Sequence record: SRR20825019_1265
Strand: one strand, 5' to 3'
Length of the DNA stretch: 48,095 nucleotides
A model generated the notes under the pieces. The model made no database searches, had not been told where the DNA came from, and saw only the letters and a list, made by a program, of their open reading frames with translations. Below are positions 19,106 to 29,535 of this stretch, piece by piece. Every line of letters begins with the position of its first letter. Position 1 is the first letter of the stretch. A program made the translations under genes and the position numbers.

Positions 19106-20053
19106 ATGACTGACCTGGCCCAATGGCTGAGCACGCAAACCGACGATATCGACCTCGGCCAGGCCATACTGTCGATGGCTGCGGCGGGGTCGGAAATCGC
19201 TGCTGTGCTGCGCCAGGCTCCCATTGCCGGGCAGACTGGGCTGGCCGGATCGGACAATGTGCAGGGCGAGGCGCAAAAGGCACTCGATGTAATTTCAAAC
19301 GACATTGTTTTGAATCACTTGGAGGCAAATGCGGCCATTTCGATTCTGGTATCGGAAGAGCTGGATGAAGCCGTTGAACTATCGAGTCAGGGCCGGTTTA
19401 TTGTGGCCACCGATCCCCTGGATGGATCTTCAAACCTCGACGTAAACGTCACTGTCGGAACGATATTTTCGGTTCTGGCGAGCGCAGGCGGGCCATTGCA
19501 AAAGGGACGCGCGCAATTGGCCGCCGGTTATGTCGCCTATGGGCCGGCAACGAGCTTGGTGGTGCGGATCGACGGTCCGACCAGCGTCTTTACGCTCGAT
19601 GACAGGGGTGAATGGGTGCAGACAGTGGAGGTGGCAAAGGTGCCTGCCGCCTCAGGCGAATTCGCCATCAACACGGCGCGCGAACGCTTCTGGGATGCGG
19701 CAACGACCGGTTATGTGCGCGAGAACATTGCAGGCGAAACCGGCCCGACCGGCAAGCGCTACAATATGCGCTGGGTAGGCTCGATGGTCGCCGACATTCA
19801 CCGCATCCTGATGCGCGGCGGCATTTTCCTCTATCCGCTCGACAGCGAGACAACCGGCAAGGGCGGACGGCTGCGGTTGCTGTATGAGGCCAGTCCAATG
19901 GCCTGGCTGGTCGAGGGCGCGGGCGGGCGTTCAACAACCGGGACACAGAATGTTCTTGAGGTCGAACCCACCGATATTCACCAGCGCGTGCCGGTGATCC
20001 TTGGCTCGGCAGACGAGGTGAAGCGAGTGGAGGACTGGTATAGACGGGGGTAG
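19106..20053 (+). CDS. fbp: class I fructose-1,6-bisphosphatase
   Basis: GEAQKALD, SEE, DPLDGSSN, RWVGSMVADIHR, GRLRLLYEA, HQRVP. Confidence 0.93.
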   Translation: MTDLAQWLSTQTDDIDLGQAILSMAAAGSEIAAVLRQAPIAGQTGLAGSDNVQGEAQKALDVISNDIVLNHLEANAAISILVSEELDEAVELSSQGRFIVATDPLDGSSNLDVNVTVGTIFSVLASAGGPLQKGRAQLAAGYVAYGPATSLVVRIDGPTSVFTLDDRGEWVQTVEVAKVPAASGEFAINTARERFWDAATTGYVRENIAGETGPTGKRYNMRWVGSMVADIHRILMRGGIFLYPLDSETTGKGGRLRLLYEASPMAWLVEGAGGRSTTGTQNVLEVEPTDIHQRVPVILGSADEVKRVEDWYRRG

Positions 20054-20195
20054 ATGACGAGGCGCTGCACCCTGGCGGGCAATGGGAGAAATATGGACCG
20101 CGCACAGCCCCTCTCGGTAATTGCAACGTTCTCATTGTTTCGATAGAACCCCTGCCGAACATGGCCGGCGCGTGACCGGGCCGGGAGGAGCCAGC

Positions 20196-21461
20196 ATGAC
20201 CAACGACCCCAACGTCCTGCCCGAAACCAATAAGGGCTCCTGGCAAAGCCGGCCGTTTCACCGGCAATATCTGATGACGCAGGCGAGCCGGCTGTTCGAT
20301 TTTTTCGAGGCCTCTTCGCTCAATCCCAAGGGGGGGTTCTTCGAGCTCTCCGATGATGGTCAGCCGCTGTCACCCGAAAATGGAGTGCGGCAGGTTCATG
20401 TCACGACACGCATGATCCACTGCGCCACGATCGGGAGCCTGATTGGTCGGCCCGGCTCGGACGAAATTGTCGATCACGGCATGCGCTATCTTTGGGAGAA
20501 GCATCGCGACCAGCGCCATGGCGGCTACGTCTGGTCGCTGGATGACGATGGCTATGTCGATGACAGCAAGCAGGCCTATGGCCATGCCTTTGTGCTGCTG
20601 GCAGGCGCCAGCGCCAAGCTGGTGGGACATCCCCTGGCCGATCAGGTGATTGCCGACGCCACCGAAGTGATCGAACAGCGCTTCTGGGACAAGAAGATCG
20701 GCGCGGTGCGCGAAGAATTCGGCAATGATTGGCGGCAGATCAGCACCTATCGCGGCCAGAACTCGAACATGCACCTGACCGAAGCGCTGATGGCCGCCTA
20801 TGAGGCCACCGGGGAGACCGAATATCTCAAGAAGGCGACCAGGATCGCCGACCTGATTATCCACCGCAATGCCGCCAAGCTCGACTATCGCGTGGCCGAG
20901 CATTTCCACGAGGACTGGAGCCTGGACAAGGACTATCTTGGCTCGGAGATGTTCCGTCCATCCGGCACGACGCCAGGGCACGCGCTAGAATGGTCGCGCC
21001 TCTTGTTCCAGCTTTTCGTTCTGTGCCGCAAGGAACATAGCTGGATGACCGAGTCAGCGCGTGGCCTGTTCCGCCAGGCGATAGAGCTGGGTTGGGACAA
21101 GGTGCATGGCGGCTTTTTCTATACGCTGGACTGGAACAATCAGCCGATCATGCGAGAGAAGCTGTGGTGGCCGGTGGCCGAGGCGATTGGCGCGGCGGCC
21201 TATATCGGAGCCTATGACCATGACGATTATTATCAGCGCTGGTATCGCAAGCTCTGGGACTTTGCCGAGAACCATGTGATCGACCACGAGCGCGGCGGCT
21301 GGCACAGCGAACTGACCGAGCAACTGGTGCCGACCTCGCGTCTGTTTGTGGGCAAGCCGGATCTCTACCACGCTTTGCAGGCCTGTCTGATCCCGCTCTA
21401 TCCGGTGACTGGCAGTCTCACGCATGGGATCATCGAGGCCGATCACCCCAAGCGGCTCTAA
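20196..21461 (+). CDS. AGE-family epimerase/isomerase (mannose isomerase/YihS-like)
   Basis: ATG 20196 after GGGAGGAG. YGHAFVLLA, RGQNSNMHLTEA, TPGHALEW, WWPVAEA, KPDLYHA. Confidence 0.88.
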   Translation: MTNDPNVLPETNKGSWQSRPFHRQYLMTQASRLFDFFEASSLNPKGGFFELSDDGQPLSPENGVRQVHVTTRMIHCATIGSLIGRPGSDEIVDHGMRYLWEKHRDQRHGGYVWSLDDDGYVDDSKQAYGHAFVLLAGASAKLVGHPLADQVIADATEVIEQRFWDKKIGAVREEFGNDWRQISTYRGQNSNMHLTEALMAAYEATGETEYLKKATRIADLIIHRNAAKLDYRVAEHFHEDWSLDKDYLGSEMFRPSGTTPGHALEWSRLLFQLFVLCRKEHSWMTESARGLFRQAIELGWDKVHGGFFYTLDWNNQPIMREKLWWPVAEAIGAAAYIGAYDHDDYYQRWYRKLWDFAENHVIDHERGGWHSELTEQLVPTSRLFVGKPDLYHALQACLIPLYPVTGSLTHGIIEADHPKRL

Positions 21462-21536
21462 TCCCGTTCGTGACATCCGAACTCAACCATTGCCCGTCTG
21501 CCGCGTTGCCCTCCAAAGCAATTTGGAGAACGGGCA

Positions 21537-22322
21537 ATGGCAATTCTGGACGGCAAGGTCGCACTGGTCACGGGTGCGGGTTCCGGCATCGGCAAAGCGA
21601 CTGCACTCAAGCTAGGACGTGACGGGGCAGCCGTGGTTGCCATCAGCCGCACCCGCGATGAGGTTGAGGCCACTGCCGCCGAGATCGAGCGCGCCGGGGG
21701 CAAGGCCAGGGCCGCGACCTGCGACATCACCGATGACGCCGGCATGAAGGCGATAGTCGCGGAGATCCTCGGACATTTCGGGCGACTGGATATCGTGGTG
21801 GCCAATGCCGGCATCAATGGCGTCTGGGCGCCTATTGAAGACCTGGCGCCCGACGAGTGGGACAAGACCATCGCCGTCAATCTGCGTGGTACCTACCTGA
21901 CCATCCATCATACCGTGCCAGCACTGGAAGCGGCTGGTGGCGGGGCCATTGTGGTGGTCTCCTCGATCAACGGGACGCGCACCTTTACGTCGCCGGGCGC
22001 AACGGCCTATAGCGCAACCAAGGCGGGGCAATTGGCAATGGTCAAGCAATTGGCGCTGGAGCTGGGCCAGAAAAAGATCCGCATCAATGCCGTCTGCCCG
22101 GGGGCCATCGAGAGTGACATAGAAGACAATACCGAGCATCGCGAAAGTGAGGAAGCCGGGATTCCCGTGCATTTTCCCGAGGGCGATATCCCACTGACCG
22201 GGGGCGCAAAGGGCAAGCCCGGCGATGTTGCCGATGTTATCGCCTTTCTGGTTTCCGACGCGGCGCGGCATGTCACCGGCAGTCCGGTGTGGATCGATGG
22301 GGGGCAGAGTTTGCTGCGTTAG
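21537..22322 (+). CDS. classical SDR oxidoreductase
   Basis: TGAGSGIG, ANAG, catalytic YSATK, NAVCPG, IDGG. Confidence 0.92.
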   Translation: MAILDGKVALVTGAGSGIGKATALKLGRDGAAVVAISRTRDEVEATAAEIERAGGKARAATCDITDDAGMKAIVAEILGHFGRLDIVVANAGINGVWAPIEDLAPDEWDKTIAVNLRGTYLTIHHTVPALEAAGGGAIVVVSSINGTRTFTSPGATAYSATKAGQLAMVKQLALELGQKKIRINAVCPGAIESDIEDNTEHRESEEAGIPVHFPEGDIPLTGGAKGKPGDVADVIAFLVSDAARHVTGSPVWIDGGQSLLR

Positions 22323-22417
22323 GCGGCTGACGCACAAAAGCGTACCCCTCGGCGCTGTTGTCAGCCTCGGACGCGCGTCGTAAAGCACTAGCCAGCCCTT
22401 GTTATCGGTGACGCGCC

Positions 22418-23293
22418 ATGACCGCCCTGCCCCCTCAACTGCCTCGCCTGTCGATTGAACGTGTCGTTGCCTCGGCGCTGGAGGAAGATCTGGGATTGGC
22501 TGGTGATCTGACAAGCCAGGCAACGCTGGCGCCGGGGGCCTGGGCCTCCGCCACGCTTTCGGCGCGCGAGGCCGGCGTGATCGCCGGTCTCGAACTTGCT
22601 GCTGCGGCCTTCCGGCTGGTGGGCGATGGCATCAGCTTCGTGGCGAAACTGGCCGATGGCGATCGGGTAGACGTCGGCGGTATCGTGGCCGACATTTCCG
22701 GCCCGGCACGACTGGTCATGTCGGGCGAGCGGGTCGCGTTGAATTTTCTCAATCATCTGAGCGGTATTGCAACCCAGACCCGGCGCTATGCCGACGCCGT
22801 CGCGGGAACGGGCGCGAGGATCTGCGATACCCGCAAAACCACCCCCGGCCTGCGGTCCTTCGAGAAATATGCCGTGCGCTGTGGCGGCGGCGCCAACCAC
22901 CGCTATGCGCTCAACGACGCCATTCTGATCAAGGATAATCACATTGCCGTCGCGGGCAACGTGACCGCGGCCTACAAAGCGGCTGAGGCATTTGCCGGGC
23001 ATCTGGTAGCCATCGAGATCGAAGTGACGACGCTTGCGGAACTCGAAGAAGCGCTGGCGGCCGGGGCCAGTATCATCATGCTGGACAATATGGACAATGA
23101 CACCCTGCGCGAGGCCGTGGCGATCAATGCCGGCCGGGCAAAACTGGAGGCGTCGGGCGGGGTGAAGCTGGACCGGGTGCGGTCCATCGCCGAGACCGGT
23201 GTCGATTACATCTCCACCAGTCAGATCACCATGGGTGCTACCCCGCTCGATCTGGGGCTCGACGTTGTTATTCAAGCGGGACGAGGCGCATAA
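22418..23293 (+). CDS. nadC: quinolinate phosphoribosyltransferase
   Basis: ERVALN, DTRKTTPG, NHR, LIKDNH, EIEV, MLDN, EASGG. Confidence 0.95.
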   Translation: MTALPPQLPRLSIERVVASALEEDLGLAGDLTSQATLAPGAWASATLSAREAGVIAGLELAAAAFRLVGDGISFVAKLADGDRVDVGGIVADISGPARLVMSGERVALNFLNHLSGIATQTRRYADAVAGTGARICDTRKTTPGLRSFEKYAVRCGGGANHRYALNDAILIKDNHIAVAGNVTAAYKAAEAFAGHLVAIEIEVTTLAELEEALAAGASIIMLDNMDNDTLREAVAINAGRAKLEASGGVKLDRVRSIAETGVDYISTSQITMGATPLDLGLDVVIQAGRGA

Positions 23294-24114
23294 TGTCCGA
23301 GGCCACCGCCCTGTCGTTGACGGATATTGCCGTCGAGGCCGCAGTCGCCGCGGCAGAGGTGATCTGCGCCGTTTATGACCGGCCGATCCATGTGGTGACC
23401 AAGGACGACGGCTCGCCGGTGACCGAGGCCGACGCGGCGGCCGAGGCGATCATCATCGAGCATTTGAAGGTCACGGGCCTCCCCGTGCTTGGCGAAGAGA
23501 GCGTGGCCGCAGGGATCATCCCGCAACTGGGCGAACGCTATTTCGTCGTCGATCCGCTGGATGGCACCAAGGAATTCATCAAGCGCAATGGCGAGTTTAC
23601 CGTCAACATCGCCCTGGTCGAGCACGGCCGGCCGGTGATGGGCGTGGTATTGGCGCCGGCCAGCGGCGAAATCTTCGTTGGCGATGCTGACGGTGCCTGG
23701 GCCGGCAAAATCGCAGATGGCGTTGTCGTTGATCGTCAAGCCATCAAGGTGGGGCTGTTGCAGCGTCCGAAGATTGTCGCCAGCCGAAGCCATGGCCACG
23801 CGGCGCTGGAGAAGCTTTGCCACACGCTGGAAGTGGAAAGCGATGTTTCCGTGGGATCATCACTCAAGTTCTGCCTGCTGGCACGCGGCGATGCGCAGCT
23901 TTACCCCCGATTTACCCCGACTTGTGAATGGGATACCGCCGCCGGGCAGGCCGTGCTTGAAGCAGCGGGCGGCGCTGTCCTCACCCTGGACGGCGCGCCG
24001 ATGCGCTACGGCAAGAGGGAACTGAAATTTCTCAATCCCTATTTTGTCGCGGCGGCCAGTCTGGAACTGGCGCAGACCGGGGCCAATGAGATGCGTCGCC
24101 TCATCGAATTGTGA
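23293..24114 (+). CDS. cysQ: 3'(2'),5'-bisphosphate nucleotidase
   Basis: KDDGSPVTEAD, VDPLDGTKEF, SRSH, GSSLKFC, WDTAAG. TAATG coupling to nadC. Confidence 0.92.
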   Translation: MSEATALSLTDIAVEAAVAAAEVICAVYDRPIHVVTKDDGSPVTEADAAAEAIIIEHLKVTGLPVLGEESVAAGIIPQLGERYFVVDPLDGTKEFIKRNGEFTVNIALVEHGRPVMGVVLAPASGEIFVGDADGAWAGKIADGVVVDRQAIKVGLLQRPKIVASRSHGHAALEKLCHTLEVESDVSVGSSLKFCLLARGDAQLYPRFTPTCEWDTAAGQAVLEAAGGAVLTLDGAPMRYGKRELKFLNPYFVAAASLELAQTGANEMRRLIEL

Positions 24115-24185
24115 GTGCGGGCGCATCAGCGCGGCCAAAGTACCGGAAACCATCGACTGGCAAGGCGCCAGAGCTCTGTCATGCA

Positions 24186-24269
24186 ATCAGTGATTAACTG
24201 ATCTGCGTATCGTTCCCTGCCGTAAAGCTTGCAGCAGCTATCACAGCCATATATACGCCGAGCATATAT
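24186..24269 (+). promoter_or_regulatory. promoter/operator region of padR-RND
   Basis: ATCAGT-gatta-ACTGAT (24186-24202), TTGCAG (24229-24234) as -35 candidate, ATATAT-N9-ATATAT (24249-24269) over the -10 region. Confidence 0.4.
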
Positions 24270-24300
24270 CGGACCAGAATATGGCCAGAGGAACGCGCGC

Positions 24301-24849
24301 ATGAACGTCAGAACTCTCTGCCTCTCCATTCTCTATGATGAAGAGGCCAGCGGATACGACATTCGCCGGATGTGTACGGAAGGCAATTTCGCGTATTTCG
24401 TCGAAGCCAGCTATGGCTCGATCTACCCCGCACTTGCGCGCCTCGAAGACGAGGGGCTGGTGGCCAGCCGCACCGAGCAACAGACCGGCAAGCCTGCGCG
24501 AAAGGTCTATTCCATCACCGAGGCCGGAAAGGCCGCTTTTGCCGCAGAACTCAGCGAGCCGCTGGGCGAAGACATGTTCCGCAGCCCGTTCCTGCTCTTT
24601 GCGCGGTTCGCGCACATCCTGCCGCGTGAGCTGGTCGAGCAGCGCTGTGCGGAATTTCTGGAACGAACGGTCACAAGTCGCGAACAACTGGACCATGCAC
24701 CTTCAGAGCATAGCTGCAATGCAGCAGATATGTGGGTCATCAACTACGGACGTGCAGTATTGGAGGTTGCGGAACAACATTTCCGCACCCATATGCACGA
24801 ACTGATCACAATGGCGCGAGCCGAGCCGCGCAAAGACGCGGCTGAATAA
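24301..24849 (+). CDS. PadR-family transcriptional regulator
   Basis: SGYDI, ASYGSIYPALARLEDEGLV, KPARKVYSITEAGK. Confidence 0.92.
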   Translation: MNVRTLCLSILYDEEASGYDIRRMCTEGNFAYFVEASYGSIYPALARLEDEGLVASRTEQQTGKPARKVYSITEAGKAAFAAELSEPLGEDMFRSPFLLFARFAHILPRELVEQRCAEFLERTVTSREQLDHAPSEHSCNAADMWVINYGRAVLEVAEQHFRTHMHELITMARAEPRKDAAE

Positions 24850-24866
24850 GGGGCGAGATAGACTTC

Positions 24867-26132
24867 ATGCGTGCACTGTTTTCCTATGGCCTAGCTTTCG
24901 CCATCCTGCTTCTCGCCGGTGGCTGGCTGGCAACCGGAACTTTGGTCCAAGGCGGCCAGGGCCCTGGCAATGGCGAAACGCCGATCATCGCCGTGATCGA
25001 GGGCGAAGAGCACGGACCTATTTCTTCCGCACTGGCCGATGCAGGCGTGCTGGCCGAGCACAACGAACCTGAATTCGATCCAGCGCTAACAATTGCTCAA
25101 CGCAATGAGGCAACGACCGGTTCCGGCGCCCCGCTGCAAAGCGTTCGCACCCAGCGGTTCACTGCAGCAGCGATGCCCATCGAAGTGCCGTTGCGCGGGC
25201 GCACACAGGCTAAAGCAACGGTCACCGCTGTGGCAGAAACCTCGGGCGCCGTGGATGTCGTGCATGTCACCAAGGGACAGCGCGTGGAAGTCGGCGACCC
25301 CTTGTGCACGCTCGACCAGGGAACACGCGTTGCGGCTGTCGCCCAGGCGGAAGCCGGGTTGGCGCAGGCCGAAGCAGCTCTTGCCCAGGCCCAGTTGAAT
25401 TTCGATACCAATACCGACCTGCGCGATCGCGGACTGGCCGCCGCCAACACTGCCAACGCCGTTGAGGTTGCCCTGGCCCAGGCCAGGGCCGGTGTCAGCC
25501 AGGCCAAGGCCGGGCTGGACAATGCCGAGGCAGAGCTTGAGCGCACCGAGATCGTCGCCAAAGTCGCCGGGCTGGTGCAGGACCCGGTCGCGGTAGAGGG
25601 TTCGATGCTCAATGCCGGCTCGCCATGTGCCACCATCGTGCAGCTTAACCCCATCGTTTTTACCGGCATGGTGCCGGAAGCGCATATCGAACTGGCCAAG
25701 ACGGGGCTTGAAGCCACCATTACGACCGTGACCGGCCAGAGCGTGTCGGGCGAGGTGACCTATGTGTCCGCGGTCGCAGACAATGCGACCCGGGCCTTCC
25801 CGGCTGAAATCGAAATCCCCAATGAAGACTTTGCCATTCGCGACGGTGTGACCGCAGAGGCAGTCGTGAATATCGGCACCGCGCCGGGTCACCTGCTGCC
25901 ACAGTCTGTCCTGACGCTGGACGATGAAGGCGTGTTGGGTGTGCGTACGGTGGAAGACGGCGTTGTGGCCTTTTACCCGATCACCATTGTGAGCGACACG
26001 CGCGAGGGCGTGTGGGTCACCGGCCTGCCCCTGATTTCCGACGTCATTACCGTGGGTCAGGAAAATGTGAATTCCGGACAGGCCGTTGAGGCCAGCCCGA
26101 CCGATCAGTCCGCCGAAACCGCTGCCAGCTAA
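24867..26132 (+). CDS. RND efflux periplasmic adaptor (MFP)
   Basis: N-terminal TM, lipoyl half-motifs (AETSG.V..V....GQRV..GD), coiled-coil hairpin, ATRAF, GVWVTGL. Confidence 0.9.
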   Translation: MRALFSYGLAFAILLLAGGWLATGTLVQGGQGPGNGETPIIAVIEGEEHGPISSALADAGVLAEHNEPEFDPALTIAQRNEATTGSGAPLQSVRTQRFTAAAMPIEVPLRGRTQAKATVTAVAETSGAVDVVHVTKGQRVEVGDPLCTLDQGTRVAAVAQAEAGLAQAEAALAQAQLNFDTNTDLRDRGLAAANTANAVEVALAQARAGVSQAKAGLDNAEAELERTEIVAKVAGLVQDPVAVEGSMLNAGSPCATIVQLNPIVFTGMVPEAHIELAKTGLEATITTVTGQSVSGEVTYVSAVADNATRAFPAEIEIPNEDFAIRDGVTAEAVVNIGTAPGHLLPQSVLTLDDEGVLGVRTVEDGVVAFYPITIVSDTREGVWVTGLPLISDVITVGQENVNSGQAVEASPTDQSAETAAS

Positions 26133-26143
26133 GGACGCAAGCC

Positions 26144-29100
26144 ATGCTCGATTTCATCGAAAAAATCCTCAGGATGCCAAGGGTCGTCCTGACGATCATG
26201 GTCGTCGTGCTGGGTGGCGGCACGCTTGCCTATCTCTCCCTGCCCAAGGAGAGCTTCCCGGCCATCGACATTCCCTATCTTTATGTCTCGATCAGCCAGT
26301 CGGGTGTTTCGCCCAGCGACGCGGAAAATCTACTCGCCAAGCCGGCTGAGGATGAACTGACGGGCCTGCCGGGCCTGCAGAACATCACGACGACGTCGAC
26401 AACGGGCCACGCCTCGGTGCTGCTCGAGTTCGACATCAATACCGACAAGGACCAGGCCCTGCAGGACACGCGTGCCCGCATGGACGCGCTACGCGCCGCC
26501 CTGCCGGATGACGCCAACGACCCGACCGTTTCGGAAATCGACTTTATCGGCCCCGTCATGTCGGTCGCCGTCTATGGTTCTGCCCCGGAAAAGGAACTCG
26601 TGCGGCGCGCCGAGCTGTTGCAGGACGCGATCGAAGCCATTCCAGAGATCCGGGAGGCCGTACTTTCGGGCGCGCGCAAGGAACAGCTCGAAGTGCGGGT
26701 CGACCTGCTGCGGCTCGAGGCCTATGGCCTGACCGCCACCCAGCTGTTCGACGCGCTGTCGCGCAACAATATGGTGGTGGCCGGCGGCACGCTGAACACC
26801 GGACAGGGCTCGTTCAATGTTGAAGTGCCGGGTCTGATCACCACGGCTGAAGACGTCTTCAGCCTGCCCCTCAAGACCGATGGCAACACCATCGTAACGT
26901 TCGGCGACGTTGCCACGATCACCCGCACCCTGGCCGATGCGACCGAGTTTACCCATGTCAACGGCTCCCCTGCCCTCATCATGGGTGTGTCCAAGAAGCC
27001 GGGCACCAACATCATCGATGTTTCCGACAAGGTGCGCGCGGTCACCGAGGAGGTGGCCAAGGACTGGCCGACCGGCGTGAGCTATTCGTTCTTCCTCGAC
27101 CAGGCGGAAACGACAACGGCTCTGTTCCGCTCGCTTGAAGCGGCGGTGCTGACTGCTGTGGCCCTGGTGCTGATCACCTGTGTGGCCACACTAGGCGTGC
27201 GCCCGGCCATCATGATCGGCATGTCGATCCCGTTGTCATTCATGATGGCGTTTCTGGTAGCCCAGGGCCTGGGCATGACCATCAACATGATGGTGATGTT
27301 CGGCCTTGTGATTGCTGTGGGCGTTCTCGTCGACGATCCCGTGGTGGTGGTCGAATACGCCGAACGCAAATTGCAGGAAGGCGTGCCCAAGCGCGAAGCC
27401 TTCATCATGGCGATGCGCAAGATGTTCGTGCCTGTGGTGGGCGCGACGGCAACGACGCTGGGCGCCTTTGTGCCGCTGCTGTTCTGGCCGGGCATTATCG
27501 GCAAGTTCATGAGCTATCTGCCGACGATCGTGATCATCGTCATGATCGCCTCCTTCATCTCTGCGCTGATCTTCATGCCAGTGATCGGCTCGATCATCGC
27601 GTCGACCCATGTCGACGAGAAGGAAAAGGCCAGGGCCGATATCGTCATGTATCCGGACAAGTTTGACTCCAAGAAGGTGGGCGGACTGACCGGCTTTTAT
27701 GTGCGCGTGATGGAAAAGCTGCTGCACTGGCCGCTGCCTACCCTGGCGGTCGGATTCGGCGTCATCGCCACCATCTTCGTGGCCTATGCGACCAACCCAA
27801 CAGGTTCGGAAGCCTTCCCGGCATCCGAGCCCGAATTTGCTACGGTCGCCGTGGTCGGCAGGGGCAACTACTCTCCCGAGGAAATCCGGGACATGCTGGT
27901 GGAGGTCGAAAACGAGCTGATGCAGGTCCAGGGCATCCAGGACGTCATCATGCAGTTCGGCACGACCGGCGCCTTTGGCACCATGCCGCCCGACACAATC
28001 GGCAATTTCCAGCTGCAGCTGACCAACTGGAACCACCGCGTTCCTGCTGAGCAGATTTTTGCCGATATTCGCGAGCGCGTTTCGGACTTCGCTGGTCTCG
28101 ATATCCAGTTGCTGGCGGCCGAAAGTGGCCCGCCGGCCGGCAAGGATATCAACCTGCGGGTAGAGAGCTCCAACTACGACGACCTTCTGCCGGTCGTGAC
28201 CGCGATCCGCGATCATCTGGCCACCTGGCCGGAGGTCGTTGACGCCGAAGACGGGCGTCCCTCCCCCGGGATCGACTGGGAGATCAAGGTGGATCGCGCC
28301 GAGGCCGGCAAGTACGGCATCGGCGTGCGCGAGCTGGCTCCTTATGTGCAGCTGGTGACCTCCGGCGTGAAGCTGGGCACCTATCGGGATGCCGAGACCG
28401 GCGACGAGCTCGACATTCGCGTGCGCCTGCCGGAGGACGAACGGACCTTCGACGCGCTCGACTCGATGCGCATTGCGACCAGCCAGGGTCTGGTGCCGGT
28501 TTCAAACTTCATCGAACGCACCGCCGTCCCCAAGGTGGCCAATATCGAGCGGCGCAACCAAGTCTACACGATGGCCGTGGCCGCAGGGCTGACCAATCTG
28601 CCTGAAGGCGTCTACCCGGCCGACAAGGTGGAGGAGCTGCAGACCTGGATCACCCAGCAGGACTTCCCGGATCGAGTGAACGTAGAGTTCGGTGGCGCCG
28701 AAGAGCAGATGGGTGACGCCAATGCCTTTATTGGCCAGGCGATGATCATGGCCTTGGTTCTCATCTCGTTCATCCTGCTGCTGGAGTATAACAGCTTCTA
28801 TCAAGTGCTGGTGACGCTGATGACGGTGGTGATGTCCGTGGCTGGTGTGCTGCTGGGCATGCTGGTCACCGGAATGACCTTCTCGGCCATCATGACCGGG
28901 CTGGGCATTGTGGCTCTGGCGGGTATCGTGGTGAAGAACGGCATCGTGTTGATCGATACCTATAACGACTACCACCGGCACCAGAACGTGGAGGCGGTCA
29001 AGGCAATGCTGCTGACCGTAAGCCAGCGCGTGCGTCCAGTGTTGTTGACCGCATTCCTCACGGCTCTCGGCGTGATCCCGATGTGGGCCAATGTCGAGTT

Positions 29101-29479
29101 CGACTTCATCCGCCGTGAAATCGTGGTGGGCGGCATCGCCGGCTCGTGGTTTGTCCACCTCTCGGCAGCCCTCGTCTCAGGCCTGTTCCTGTCGACGGCC
29201 CTGACCCTGGTGATGGTACCGGTGATGATCACCGCCCCCACGGTGATGTGGAGCCAGATCCGTTGGCTCGGGTCGGTCTTTGCTGCAATGGGCGTCTGGA
29301 TTGCCAGCCCCTTCCGCCAGAAACAAGCGGCAGCGCCGGCAGGGTTTGACGGCATGGCCGTGGAAATCCCGGAAGAGGCGGATAGCGCCAAGCGCTATAT
29401 CGTCTCCAAGCAGGCCGGGTTGACCGAAAAGGAAGCCAATGGCGTGACAGTGGTCAGCCGAAGAGATGCGGCAGAGTAG
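26144..29479 (+). CDS. RND efflux transporter, AcrB/AcrD/AcrF family
   Basis: 1111 aa. TM4 LVDDPVVVVE, TM10 GIVVKNGIVLID and RVRPVLLT proton-relay motifs. Confidence 0.93.
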   Translation: MLDFIEKILRMPRVVLTIMVVVLGGGTLAYLSLPKESFPAIDIPYLYVSISQSGVSPSDAENLLAKPAEDELTGLPGLQNITTTSTTGHASVLLEFDINTDKDQALQDTRARMDALRAALPDDANDPTVSEIDFIGPVMSVAVYGSAPEKELVRRAELLQDAIEAIPEIREAVLSGARKEQLEVRVDLLRLEAYGLTATQLFDALSRNNMVVAGGTLNTGQGSFNVEVPGLITTAEDVFSLPLKTDGNTIVTFGDVATITRTLADATEFTHVNGSPALIMGVSKKPGTNIIDVSDKVRAVTEEVAKDWPTGVSYSFFLDQAETTTALFRSLEAAVLTAVALVLITCVATLGVRPAIMIGMSIPLSFMMAFLVAQGLGMTINMMVMFGLVIAVGVLVDDPVVVVEYAERKLQEGVPKREAFIMAMRKMFVPVVGATATTLGAFVPLLFWPGIIGKFMSYLPTIVIIVMIASFISALIFMPVIGSIIASTHVDEKEKARADIVMYPDKFDSKKVGGLTGFYVRVMEKLLHWPLPTLAVGFGVIATIFVAYATNPTGSEAFPASEPEFATVAVVGRGNYSPEEIRDMLVEVENELMQVQGIQDVIMQFGTTGAFGTMPPDTIGNFQLQLTNWNHRVPAEQIFADIRERVSDFAGLDIQLLAAESGPPAGKDINLRVESSNYDDLLPVVTAIRDHLATWPEVVDAEDGRPSPGIDWEIKVDRAEAGKYGIGVRELAPYVQLVTSGVKLGTYRDAETGDELDIRVRLPEDERTFDALDSMRIATSQGLVPVSNFIERTAVPKVANIERRNQVYTMAVAAGLTNLPEGVYPADKVEELQTWITQQDFPDRVNVEFGGAEEQMGDANAFIGQAMIMALVLISFILLLEYNSFYQVLVTLMTVVMSVAGVLLGMLVTGMTFSAIMTGLGIVALAGIVVKNGIVLIDTYNDYHRHQNVEAVKAMLLTVSQRVRPVLLTAFLTALGVIPMWANVEFDFIRREIVVGGIAGSWFVHLSAALVSGLFLSTALTLVMVPVMITAPTVMWSQIRWLGSVFAAMGVWIASPFRQKQAAAPAGFDGMAVEIPEEADSAKRYIVSKQAGLTEKEANGVTVVSRRDAAE

Positions 29480-29499
29480 AGTCATTTGTCCAATATATG

Positions 29500-29529
29500 A
29501 GAAAGGCCTGCAGCGATGCGGGCCTTTCT
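29500..29529. terminator. bidirectional terminator between RND and GNAT
   Basis: AGAAAGGCCTGCA-gcga-TGCGGGCCTTTCT between convergent stops. Confidence 0.8.
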
Positions 29530-29535
29530 GCATTT

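Noticed and set aside
22326-22367. GGCTGAC/GTCAGCC inverted repeat before nadC as an NAD-related riboswitch
   Set aside because: 7-bp stem with a long loop directly after the SDR stop and overlapping the likely nadC -35; no recognisable aptamer.
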